A stretch of DNA of 64,000 nt from Hyalangium minutum. GTDB taxonomy: Bacteria; Myxococcota; Myxococcia; Myxococcales; Myxococcaceae. The stretch is taken from contig NZ_JMCB01000022.1 in the NCBI RefSeq assembly GCF_000737315.1, forward strand, positions 1-64,000, read 5' to 3'. A model generated the notes under the pieces. The model searched no databases. It saw only the letters and a list, made by a program, of their open reading frames with translations, and was not told where the DNA came from. Within the stretch, counting starts at the first letter, position 1, and each line of letters starts with the position of its first letter. This document shows positions 7,949 through 16,832 of this stretch, piece after piece. Made by a program: the position numbers and the translations under genes.

Positions 7949-10702
7949 TCAGTTCAGCTCCAGGCCCAGGACGAGCCGCCGCTCCAGGGTGCTGTCGAGG
8001 CGGGACGCCAGCCGTCCCGCCCAACGGGCCTGGGCGCGAGGTGCCAGCAACAGCCGGTAGCGGCCGAGCTGTCCCACCGCGAGGTCCACCTGCAGCGTGC
8101 CTATGGCTTCGTGGGTGATGCCGTCGCCCATGCGCCAGAAGGGCGCGTACTCCGCCTCCAGTCGCACGGCGTTGGCGAGCGAGCCGGGCAAACCGGTGCG
8201 ATGTGAGAGTGAGAGCCGGGGCCCGAGCGCCGGAGCCAGGACGCCGGGCCCCCAATGCATTCCCGCCTTCATCCCCGCGCCCAGCACCGTGAAGTGGCGG
8301 AAGCGAGGCCCCTCGGACACCACCGCGAGCGCCTCGGCGAGGGCCGTCGCACGATATGGGACCGCGCGCTCCCGCTGGGTCTCCATCTGGGCCGCCATTC
8401 CCCACCCGAGCGCGTCTCTCACCGAGCGCTGGTGGATGGGCAGCTCGCGCATGAGGGTGCGGTAGCCCACCAGGGTGAACCGGGAGCTGAGCACCCGAGG
8501 GACCCCCTTCCGCGGCAGGAGCGACAGCTCGCCCTCCAGCGCGCGCAGCTCGCTCCCCGACTGGAAGCCGTGCAGGCGCGCATCTCCCAGCGACTCACTG
8601 AGCCCGGCGGACTGGAAGACGAGCACCGGCCGGGAGCCTCCTGCCGCTGGGAAGTCCACGCCCATCGCCATCACCATGCGGGCCGCACCCGACCTGACCA
8701 GGGCGCCATCGGCCCAGGCTTGCGCACTCTCCACTTTCTGGCGGTGGTCCTCCGCGAGGAAGGTTCCTGGATCCACGCTGGCCAGCGCTCCCTCCTGCAG
8801 CGCGCCCTGGGCCTCGGTCGAGGCAATGAACGCGGCCTCCGTCACCTCCGCCTGCTCCAGGATGCGCAGCTCCTCGGAAGTCGCCGGGCGCCGCGGGGCC
8901 TTGGCGAGTGCCTCTTGAAGCAGGCTGATCCGATCGAGCACCGCCAGGCGGCGCTGCAGCTCGTCCTCCCGCTCGAACTGGCGCTGGCGGTCCCGTACGC
9001 CCTCGGCCGCGGAGGGGACTCGCACGCGCACGGCGAGGACGCGGTTCCGTTCGATCTCCAGCTTCTCGCCCTCCGCACGGTCCGCGGCGCCTCGCTCCAC
9101 GCGGACCGACCAGGCCATGTAGGCGTGGAGCTGTCGGCGGACCTCGTCCACCTGCTCGGGAGGCACCGCCTGGAGCAGCTCCGTGAGGACCTCGGGCATC
9201 CTTATATAGGTAGCGCGGCGCACCTCGGGGCTGGCCGAGCGCAGGCGCCAGTGCAGCAGCCGCAGCCGGGCGCGCGCCGCGGACGGCAGTTGGGCGGAGA
9301 GCCCGCTCAGGAGCTCCTCGCGCGACACATGCGCCCGCTCCGCCCGGGCTTCGGTGGACTCGAAGTCATCCGGGATGTACTCGAGGAGCGGCTGGGTCTC
9401 GCCCCCAGGAGCCTCCACCTCCACGCGGGAGATCATGTCCAAGGCAGCGGCGGGCAACACCCAGAGCGAGCCGGGCAGCCGCACCTTGCGGCCTCCTTCG
9501 AGCGCTCCATTGAGAAGGAAGACCAGCGCGCTTGCGCAGTTCTCGGTGAAGAAGCGGTAGGGGAAGTAGCCGCGCCGCTCCAGCTCCCAGATGCGCTCCA
9601 GAAGCCGCACCTGCTCAGTGGGAGTGAGCCGCAGTCGGAAGCGGCGCACGGAGCGCTGCTCCAGCTCCATCGTCTCGTGAGACACCTCTCCCATCGTCGT
9701 GGTGAGGAAGCCCGTGTCGTAGCCCCCGAGCAATCCCTTGAGGGAGTACTGCAGCCCGCGCGCCTCCAGCCCGGTGAGCGCCACCAGCTGCACCACCGGC
9801 GCGAACCCTGGCCCGCGAGGCACGGCGCCCTCGCGCCATACGGGGCGCAGCATCAGGTGGCCGAAGAGGGACTCGGGCTGCCGTCCCGACGCGGCCGCCA
9901 TCATCACCTCGAAGTGGGTGAGGTTCTCCAGCTCTGCCCAGGTGTCGAAGGCCGGGCAGCGCCCGCGCGGTGGCAGGGAGGCGAGCCCCTCGGCGGCGAG
10001 GCTCTCCGAGAGCGCCCGGGCCTTGGAGAACTCCTGGCAGCGCACCTGATCGTCCACGCCAAGCGCGTCGGGACGCAGGGACTCCACGGGGGCGAGCAGC
10101 TCCTCGGCGAAGGTGACGAGATCCAGCGACGCGCTCACCTGCCCTCTCGCGCGGCTGAAGGCGCCCGCGTAGCGCATGAGCACCTCCTCGTGGAAGGTGA
10201 ACAAGCGCTCGAAGGGCCCGACCCACCCATTCAGGCGGCGCCAGCGCGGGCCCTGGCTCCAGCCCCGCGCGTCATCCCAGCGCTGAACCACGGCATGCAC
10301 CACGGCGCGGCGGCGCCACAGCCGCTCGGCCTCCTCGTCCGTCAGGCGCGAGAGCCGGAAGGTCGCGCGCCGCTCCTTGGAAGGCGCGTAGCGATAGAGG
10401 TGAAAGCGCTGGTGGCCCTCGGTCCACTCCGGCCGGGTGACACTCCCATCACCCAGGCCCAGGGGAGAGGACTCACGGTGCAGTTCCAGTTCCAAGAGGC
10501 CACCCGGCGGACGGCGCAGCGCAGGAGGAAGCGAGGCCAGGCCCGCTTCGATCTCCGCTACGAGCGCCGCGTCCCAGGCCTCACGCGGACGCAGCACCAC
10601 GCCATGCTCCGCTTCCAGCGCGGCGATGCGCTCGGACAGAGGAAGCTCGGCACCGGCCGGGAGCGCCCCTAGCAGAACGCTCACCAGCGCCAGGAGCCTC
10701 AC
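7949..10702 (-). CDS. DUF4105 (Lnb-like) domain protein with probable C-terminal beta-barrel
   Basis: Signal peptide; FGHLMLR and YRFFTENCAS motifs typical of DUF4105; C-terminal alternating beta-strand pattern. Confidence 0.8.
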   Translation of the reverse strand: MRLLALVSVLLGALPAGAELPLSERIAALEAEHGVVLRPREAWDAALVAEIEAGLASLPPALRRPPGGLLELELHRESSPLGLGDGSVTRPEWTEGHQRFHLYRYAPSKERRATFRLSRLTDEEAERLWRRRAVVHAVVQRWDDARGWSQGPRWRRLNGWVGPFERLFTFHEEVLMRYAGAFSRARGQVSASLDLVTFAEELLAPVESLRPDALGVDDQVRCQEFSKARALSESLAAEGLASLPPRGRCPAFDTWAELENLTHFEVMMAAASGRQPESLFGHLMLRPVWREGAVPRGPGFAPVVQLVALTGLEARGLQYSLKGLLGGYDTGFLTTTMGEVSHETMELEQRSVRRFRLRLTPTEQVRLLERIWELERRGYFPYRFFTENCASALVFLLNGALEGGRKVRLPGSLWVLPAAALDMISRVEVEAPGGETQPLLEYIPDDFESTEARAERAHVSREELLSGLSAQLPSAARARLRLLHWRLRSASPEVRRATYIRMPEVLTELLQAVPPEQVDEVRRQLHAYMAWSVRVERGAADRAEGEKLEIERNRVLAVRVRVPSAAEGVRDRQRQFEREDELQRRLAVLDRISLLQEALAKAPRRPATSEELRILEQAEVTEAAFIASTEAQGALQEGALASVDPGTFLAEDHRQKVESAQAWADGALVRSGAARMVMAMGVDFPAAGGSRPVLVFQSAGLSESLGDARLHGFQSGSELRALEGELSLLPRKGVPRVLSSRFTLVGYRTLMRELPIHQRSVRDALGWGMAAQMETQRERAVPYRATALAEALAVVSEGPRFRHFTVLGAGMKAGMHWGPGVLAPALGPRLSLSHRTGLPGSLANAVRLEAEYAPFWRMGDGITHEAIGTLQVDLAVGQLGRYRLLLAPRAQARWAGRLASRLDSTLERRLVLGLELN

Positions 10703-11577
10703 CGGCTCAGCTCCCCTGCCTCGTACGCCGCCAGGAACGCGCGCCGGTCCTCCTCCAGCCGAGGATCCGTGGAGGCAAGCTCACCCACCCGCCGCATCCA
10801 CTCCACCGCACGCTCGGGCGTCAGTGCACGCGTGTCCGCCAGGGCCAACAGCTCCTGACGGTGGGCGCGCAACAGCCGGCCGAACACACTCAGGTTCTCA
10901 CGGCGGATGCGCGCCAGGGAGGCCAGCTCCTCGATGGTGGGCCCTGCCCCCAGCGCCAGGTCCTCGCGAAGCTGGTGCGTGCGAGAACGCAGATACGTCT
11001 GCGCGGCCCGGGAAACCTCCTGAGGCGGAGGCGGCGGCGCGGACGAAGGAGGTGGCTCCCTCATGGCGCGATGAGCAGCCTGCCAGAACACAGCGCCCAG
11101 CCCAGCTGCGGTGAGGCCGATGACAGTGGCCGAGGCCAAGGGGTTGTTGTTCTCGCCGCTCGTCCTCGAGTTGGAGTCGCCCGACGAGTTGTCGGAGTTC
11201 GAGTTGGCATCACCCGACGAGCCGCCCGACGAGTTGTCCGACGAGTTGTCGGAGTTCGAGCCCGCGTCACCCAACGAGTCATCCGACGAGTTGCCCGAGT
11301 CTGAGTTGGAATCCCCCGACGAGTTGCCCGAGTCCGAGTTGGAGTCGCCCGACGAGTTCCCAGACCCATCCGACGAGTTCCCGGAATCCGAGTTCGACCC
11401 GTCCGACGAAGCCCCCGAGTCCGACGAAGCCCCCGAGTCCGACGAATCCGCGGCGAAGGCCCCGGTCTCCGAGGCACTGTACTGCCGAGGCCTCATCACT
11501 CCGGGTGTCTGGCAACCTGACACTGTGAGGCAGACAGCCACTCCCCAGCAAGCCGCGCTCTTCTTGAGTGTTTTCAT
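10699..11577 (-). CDS. Lipoprotein with Ser/Asp/Gly repeat linker and DUF3015-like C-terminal domain
   Basis: Start reassigned to ATG 11577 (MKTLKK...VSGC lipobox); YLRSRTHQLREDLALGAGPTIEELASL resembles DUF3015; 4-nt overlap with the DUF4105 gene. Confidence 0.65.
   Translation of the reverse strand: MKTLKKSAACWGVAVCLTVSGCQTPGVMRPRQYSASETGAFAADSSDSGASSDSGASSDGSNSDSGNSSDGSGNSSGDSNSDSGNSSGDSNSDSGNSSDDSLGDAGSNSDNSSDNSSGGSSGDANSNSDNSSGDSNSRTSGENNNPLASATVIGLTAAGLGAVFWQAAHRAMREPPPSSAPPPPPQEVSRAAQTYLRSRTHQLREDLALGAGPTIEELASLARIRRENLSVFGRLLRAHRQELLALADTRALTPERAVEWMRRVGELASTDPRLEEDRRAFLAAYEAGELSR
11170..11450 (-). repeat. Intragenic imperfect tandem repeats encoding (G)DSNSDxxNSS and SSDSGA
   Basis: 18-nt unit TCCGACGAAGCCCCCGAG twice near 11402-11437; 33-nt CCGACGAGTTGCCCGAGT...GAGTTGGA units near 11283-11350; all in frame. 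Confidence 0.85.
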
Positions 11578-11676
11578 AGGTCGCCCCCCTGTTTGATAGA
11601 AAGGGGACATACTGGATCCCGCGACCCTGGATGAAGCGTTGGTTGACCTGTTCCCTCCCTGCCTACACATCCCCTG

Positions 11677-12087
11677 ATGCACGCCAGGCTCCAATCCCTT
11701 CAGGAAGACCACTCGCGGCTGCGAGCCCTGCTGCGAAATTGCGAGACTGCGGGCCCGAGAGAACTGGCTGCGGCCTTGCGCCGCCTGGAGGAGGTCTTCG
11801 TTCCCCACCACCAGGCCAAGCTGGCGCTCTATGACGCGACGCTTCAGGGCTTCCAGCAGGAGGGAGACAAGACGAGCGTCTCGGTCCTCACCATCTTCCG
11901 CGCGAACATGCGGGTGATGTCCGCGGCCATCATGGGCTTCCTTCAGTCCCCGGATCCGGATCCTGCCCGGTTCCATGAGCGCTTCCGCGCCGTGGCCTCC
12001 TCGCTGCGCTCGATGCTCACCACCGAGGAGAAGGTCGTCTTCCCGCTCTGCATCCGCTACGCCCAGCGGTCGGAGGTCCAGTCATGA
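11677..12087 (+). CDS. Hemerythrin/HHE-like four-helix protein with degenerate metal ligands
   Basis: LQEDHSRLRALL and EEKVVFP hallmark segments; several His/Glu ligands absent. Confidence 0.65.
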   Translation: MHARLQSLQEDHSRLRALLRNCETAGPRELAAALRRLEEVFVPHHQAKLALYDATLQGFQQEGDKTSVSVLTIFRANMRVMSAAIMGFLQSPDPDPARFHERFRAVASSLRSMLTTEEKVVFPLCIRYAQRSEVQS

Positions 12088-12773
12088 GCGGCAAGCTTCC
12101 CGAAGATCTCTCGGTCCTGGACGATGGAGCGCGGCTCCAGACCTTCGATGGAGGACTGCTCGACCGGACGCCGGACCCCGAGCTGGAGCGGCTGGTGGCC
12201 CGGGCCGCGGAGGTGAGCGGCTTCCCCATCGCGCTGGTGTCGCTGGTGGTGGATCAGATCCAGTTCTTCCGGGCGCACGTGGGGCTGCCGCCGGATCTGC
12301 GCGCGTCGCTCGCCACGGACCGCTGCACCTCGTTCTGCCAGTTCGTGGTGGCCGGGGATCGGCCCCTGCACATCGAGGACGCCCGGCAGGTCGCGGAGCT
12401 CCCCACGGATCTGGTGGAGCGCTACGGCATCCGCGCGTACGTGGGCTTCCCGCTGCGCGTCCAGGGGAAGACCGTGGGCTCCCTCTGCGTCATCGACGTG
12501 AAGCCCGGCACGCTGGCGCCGGAGAGGCTCGAGGAACTCTCGCGGCTGGCGGAGGCCGCGCGCACGCGCCTGGAAGTACTCGCCTCGAAGTGGGCGCCTC
12601 CCGCGAACGCCGCGGAGGAGAAGTCCCACCGCGCGTGGATGGCGGTGGCCGAGTCCCAGTCGCTCGCCAGCCTGGGCGAGCAGTTCGCCGAGGGGCGGCT
12701 CACGTTCGAGGAGTTCCAGCGCGGGCTTGGCGCGCTGGCGTCCTTGGCTGGCAGGCTCGAGCAGAAGCCCTGA
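12084..12773 (+). CDS. Stand-alone GAF domain protein
   Basis: LERLVARAAEVSGFPIALVSLV, SFCQFVV, IRAYVGFPL, GSLCVID; ATGA overlap with upstream gene. Confidence 0.85.
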   Translation: MSGKLPEDLSVLDDGARLQTFDGGLLDRTPDPELERLVARAAEVSGFPIALVSLVVDQIQFFRAHVGLPPDLRASLATDRCTSFCQFVVAGDRPLHIEDARQVAELPTDLVERYGIRAYVGFPLRVQGKTVGSLCVIDVKPGTLAPERLEELSRLAEAARTRLEVLASKWAPPANAAEEKSHRAWMAVAESQSLASLGEQFAEGRLTFEEFQRGLGALASLAGRLEQKP

Positions 12774-12782
12774 GGGGCGCCG

Positions 12783-14375
12783 TCACACGAAGCGGAAGTA
12801 CGCCTCGAAGTCCGGCGTCCCCTTGCGGCGCTGGCCGTTGGGTCCCACCTGGGGCAGGTAGTTGGCCAGCACGTTCGCGGTGTCGGGCTCCTCCAGGCTC
12901 CCGAGCGGTACGGGCAGGTGCTCGCGGATGTCCGGCAGGCCCACCACGTTGCCCAGCACGCGCGGCAGCGTGCGCGGGTCCACCATCTGGCCCGCGGTGA
13001 GCTCGGGCTCGGAGACTTCGTCCAGCGCGTCGTGCAGCGTCTCGCGCTCCGCGCCCTCCAGCCGATAGGCCTTGAAGACGCGCAGCAGCGACAGCCCCAC
13101 CGCATGCGCGGTGAGCGTCAGGTGCACGGGGTTGGTGCCCAGGTTGTCGTCTCCGTAGCAGCGCCAGACGAAGCCGGTGGCGCTCTGGACCCACAGGCCC
13201 TGGACGTTCTCCTCGTCGTGCATCTTCCGCGTGGGCAGCGCGCCCGGCAGCCCCACGAGCGCATCCCTCGGCACGCGGAGGTGACCCGAGGCGAAGGCAT
13301 CCGTGAGGAAGTGATCCGCGAAGGCGTTGCGCACCAGCGCCGCGTCCAAGTCCCTGTCGAGCGCCAGCCGCAGGGCCTCCGCATGGTGCACCAGGTAGCG
13401 CGACCAGCTCCGGGGCGCGAAGTGGTCCTGGTTCTCATTGGCCAGCGAGGCGTAGTCGAACCAGCCCCGGTGGGTGTTGAGCAGGAAGGTGCCCTCGTCA
13501 TGGGGCGTCACACTGCGGATGGCCTTGGCCACGGCCGGGGTCACCTCCGCGGCCAGCTCCTCCGGCGTGGCGTAGTAGTCCCCCGCCAGCGCCACCACAT
13601 CGCCATAGGTGAGCGTGAGGCCGGGGCGGACTTCCAGCTCCGTGAGCGGGCGGTAGTTGGCCATGAGGTTCTCGAGCCGGGCCTGGAAGGGCTCTCGCCA
13701 GGACGGCTCCGCGCTGGCCACGGAGAGGCGGGAGCGCTCGATCACCGCGTCGGGCGCGAGCTCCGGGTTGGCCACGCGCAGCAGCACATGCGTTTGCCTC
13801 CCGACGGCCTTGGGGAAGACGGCCTCGCCCTTGAGCATGCGATCCAGCTGCTCGGCGGAGGCCCGGTGCTCGGAGGTGCCGAAGTAGTCCGGCCGCACCA
13901 TGGCGGAGGTCCGCTTCGACGTCTCCTTGCGCAGGGCAGCGAGCCGATCGCGCTCCCGCTGCTCGAGCTTCTTCGGATCCTCGGCGGGCCTACCTGCGTC
14001 CATGAGACCTCCTCTCAAGCCCAGTGACACCCCTCGAGGCGCGGCGGGACGCGGCCTCGGCGGCGCGGGCTGCTGGGACATGACTGCCTCGAACCCCCGG
14101 CGAGCCACCTGGCCCCGCATCACGGAGGCCTCTGCCGAGCGCACCTGGTCGGGCGGAGGCAGCTCGGAGGTGCGGCTGCCGAACGCCAGGGGCGCTCCTG
14201 AGGGCGAGCCCTCCAGGACCGCCGGGGGCGTGGCCGCGGCGGGAGCCTTGCGCGCAGGCGCCTTGCGAGCCCCCCGAGCCTTCTTGCTCGCCGGACTCTT
14301 GCTCTTCGCTGGGCCTCTTCCCTTCGACTTGCTCGAAGCGCCTCGGCCGGTGCCTCGGGGCTTGCGTGCACTCAT
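12783..14375 (-). CDS. Zinc metallophospholipase C (Legionella PlcA/PlcB-like) with basic disordered N-terminal extension
   Basis: LAGDYY, NQDHF, AFADHFLTDAFASGH, MHDEEN and YGDD motifs. Start reassigned to ATG 14375, overlapping the upstream stop (ATGA). Confidence 0.75.
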   Translation of the reverse strand: MSARKPRGTGRGASSKSKGRGPAKSKSPASKKARGARKAPARKAPAAATPPAVLEGSPSGAPLAFGSRTSELPPPDQVRSAEASVMRGQVARRGFEAVMSQQPAPPRPRPAAPRGVSLGLRGGLMDAGRPAEDPKKLEQRERDRLAALRKETSKRTSAMVRPDYFGTSEHRASAEQLDRMLKGEAVFPKAVGRQTHVLLRVANPELAPDAVIERSRLSVASAEPSWREPFQARLENLMANYRPLTELEVRPGLTLTYGDVVALAGDYYATPEELAAEVTPAVAKAIRSVTPHDEGTFLLNTHRGWFDYASLANENQDHFAPRSWSRYLVHHAEALRLALDRDLDAALVRNAFADHFLTDAFASGHLRVPRDALVGLPGALPTRKMHDEENVQGLWVQSATGFVWRCYGDDNLGTNPVHLTLTAHAVGLSLLRVFKAYRLEGAERETLHDALDEVSEPELTAGQMVDPRTLPRVLGNVVGLPDIREHLPVPLGSLEEPDTANVLANYLPQVGPNGQRRKGTPDFEAYFRFV

Positions 14376-15346
14376 GGAAGTCCTCCGTCGATGCCTTGCA
14401 GGCGCACGCCCAGCTTGATGCTGGCCAGCACGTGCGCGGGGCGATTCGGAACGACGTACGCCACCTGAAGCGTGCTGCCCACGCGAGGCGCACCTCGGCG
14501 CGTGGGCGACAGGTTCTCCCGCGCATAGGCGCACTGCGCGAGGAACACGCAGTAGTCCACCGCCGCCTGCAGGGAGAAGTGCTCGGAGAGCGGCTCCTGC
14601 GCCGGAGAGAAGAACGCCGCGCGCAGCACGCGCCGCGCATAACGCCGGGACAGCGCCTGGGCATCTGCGTTGGACAGGGGCAGGGAGGGAGTGCCCGTCC
14701 GGCGCGCCTCCTGGGCCAGCTGCTCCAGCAACCCAGGCGGCGCATCCTCCGCGTCCGTGCCCGCCAGCAACACCGCCAGCTTCTCGGGCAGCGCCGGGTC
14801 GAATCCCTCGACGAAGCGGGCCACGGCCTCCGTCACCCCGGCATAGTGGACGCCGAAGGCGTGCTTGATGTCGCTCCCATCCTCCTCGGTGTGGAGGATG
14901 GGCGTGGGCGTGGTGGGAATGTTGGGGTCCACGCTCCACTGGATGGACCAGAGGGTGGGCGGCTCCACGCCCTCCTTCGGCGGGGGCGCGAAGCCTCCAA
15001 TGATGAGGTGGAAGGGACGCGGCAGCGCCCCCAACTTGCGGAGGGCCTGGGCCTCCAGCTCCACATGCAGCCGCCGCGCGTAGTCTCCCACGGACTCGCC
15101 CTCTCGCAGGGGCGCTCGGTCATCGAAGGCGCGCAGCGAGGTGGCCACTGTCCCGCCGCCAATCGAGCCCACCCCGTTGAACATGGCGAGCAGCCGGTCG
15201 TGGGACAGCGGCACCAGCTTCTCCACGTTGGCCATGTTCGAGAGGAAGCGCTCCTGGCCACGGCCATCCACCTCCATCACCGTGGCGAGCCCGTCCGTAG
15301 CGAACACGAGCGCATCGGGCGTCTTGAAGGCGATGTCGATGGTCAT
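14372..15346 (-). CDS. Proteasome-beta-like N-terminal nucleophile hydrolase
   Basis: After Met removal: Thr1, Asp17 (FATDG), EKL Lys, NGVG; C-terminal SLQAAVDYCVFL and RVGSTLQVAYV. Confidence 0.65.
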   Translation of the reverse strand: MTIDIAFKTPDALVFATDGLATVMEVDGRGQERFLSNMANVEKLVPLSHDRLLAMFNGVGSIGGGTVATSLRAFDDRAPLREGESVGDYARRLHVELEAQALRKLGALPRPFHLIIGGFAPPPKEGVEPPTLWSIQWSVDPNIPTTPTPILHTEEDGSDIKHAFGVHYAGVTEAVARFVEGFDPALPEKLAVLLAGTDAEDAPPGLLEQLAQEARRTGTPSLPLSNADAQALSRRYARRVLRAAFFSPAQEPLSEHFSLQAAVDYCVFLAQCAYARENLSPTRRGAPRVGSTLQVAYVVPNRPAHVLASIKLGVRLQGIDGGLP

Positions 15347-15657
15347 GGCGCCCCCTCAGCATACAAGGACAGGGGACTTCTCCCCGGCCGCACAAAAGGC
15401 AACGCGCGTCAGGCCTGGTGGGACCTGGCGCGCGTCTGATGGGACAGCAGACCTTTGAAAGTGGCCCTCCCCCCCGGCGAGCCGATAAGTAGTTTCTCGC
15501 CGATGAGCCATTAGATTCCATGCGTGGAACCCCTGAGGTCGGGTAACACCTGGAAAGCTATTAACTTCCAAGAATCTGAGAGACGACACATGGAGTGATT
15601 TGGACCCACCGGTGCATCCAGTTGTCACGCAAACCCGTATACTCGGAAATCGTGAAT

Positions 15658-16773
15658 ATGTTCGATTCCAGGGACAAGGGCCTCATTGCGGACCTCCAAG
15701 GCCGGTTGGACACGGTCGAGCCGGGGGCAGATGTGCTCCACGGGTTGATGGACGGTCTCCGGGAGGGACTGCGCGCGGAGCGGATGGTGGCCTACGGCGT
15801 GGAGCTGGCGCCGGACCATTACGCGGCCAGCTTCTGCCACAGCGCGGGCTTTCCGCAGCCGCAGGGAGAGCTGCTCGGCACCCTCAACGGCTTCCTGCGC
15901 CAGCAGCCCAACCCTTGGGGTTACTTCGATCCCGCACGTCCCGCTGCCGCGCAGCGCAACCGGGCGCTGCACTTCCGGCCTCACGAGGAGACGGAGACGC
16001 GGGAGACGCCGCTGCATGATCTGAAGGCCGGGGCGTGGCGGCGGCTGGGCATTGGGCCCACGGAGGAGGCCCGGGTCCGTGAGCGGGTGACCGGGGGTAC
16101 GGTGACCCTCTACCGCCAGTTGAAGATGGAGCACATGTTCCAGCTTCGGGCGCTCGTGTGCGAGGGCTCCACGCTGCTGGCGTGGGTGGGCGCGCTGCGC
16201 TCGGAGCCGTTCACGCCTCGCGAGCAGCGGCTGCTCCAGGAGCTGGTGCCCTCGCTGCAGCGGCGGCTGGAGCTGGAGACGCGGCTGCGGGAGGCAGGGC
16301 TGCTGGGCTCGGCACTGGAGGCGGCGCTGGAGGCACTCGGGCAGCCGGCCTACGTGCTCTCCTCCAAGGGGCGGGTGGTGTACGCCAACAGCGCGGGGCG
16401 GGCCCTGGCGGAGCGCGCCTCTCCGTCGCTGGCGGAGATCATCCGCCGGCATGGCCAGGGCGAGCCCCCGCCTCCCGGTACTTCCGTCACCGCACTGCAG
16501 GTGCGGGGACTGTCTCCCCACTACCTGGTGGTGGATCGCAGCACGGAGGCACAGGCAAGCGCCCGGGTCCACGTGCTGGCCAGCCGCTGGGGGCTGACGG
16601 TGCGCGAGGCCGAGGTGCTCGAGCACATCATCCAAGGCACGAGCAACAAGGCCATCGCGGCGCGGCTGGGCTGCGCGGAGCGCACGGTGGAAGTGCACGT
16701 CACCCACGTGCTGAGCAAGGCCCAGGTGGAGAGCCGCTCGGCGCTCATCGCGAAGTTCTTCCAGGCGACCTAA
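15658..16773 (+). CDS. LuxR-family HTH transcriptional regulator with uncharacterised N-terminal sensor region
   Basis: C-terminal LTVREAEVLEHIIQGTSNKAIAARLGCAERTVEVHVTHVLSK; start at ATG 15658. Confidence 0.88.
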   Translation: MFDSRDKGLIADLQGRLDTVEPGADVLHGLMDGLREGLRAERMVAYGVELAPDHYAASFCHSAGFPQPQGELLGTLNGFLRQQPNPWGYFDPARPAAAQRNRALHFRPHEETETRETPLHDLKAGAWRRLGIGPTEEARVRERVTGGTVTLYRQLKMEHMFQLRALVCEGSTLLAWVGALRSEPFTPREQRLLQELVPSLQRRLELETRLREAGLLGSALEAALEALGQPAYVLSSKGRVVYANSAGRALAERASPSLAEIIRRHGQGEPPPPGTSVTALQVRGLSPHYLVVDRSTEAQASARVHVLASRWGLTVREAEVLEHIIQGTSNKAIAARLGCAERTVEVHVTHVLSKAQVESRSALIAKFFQAT

Positions 16774-16832
16774 GAAGCCGTCCTCGGCAGAGAAAACATG
16801 CGGGCGGCAGAGCCCGTGTTTAGGATGCACGG

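Noticed and set aside
11170-11450. Regularly spaced CCGACGAG repeats resembling a CRISPR array
   Set aside because: Units are imperfect, in-frame multiples of 3 inside a lipoprotein ORF, with no unique spacers and no cas genes.
12783-14939. 718-aa version of the phospholipase ORF
   Set aside because: The extra 188 codons overlap the Ntn hydrolase gene in another frame and read as shadow sequence; ATG 14375 with ATGA coupling is the better start.
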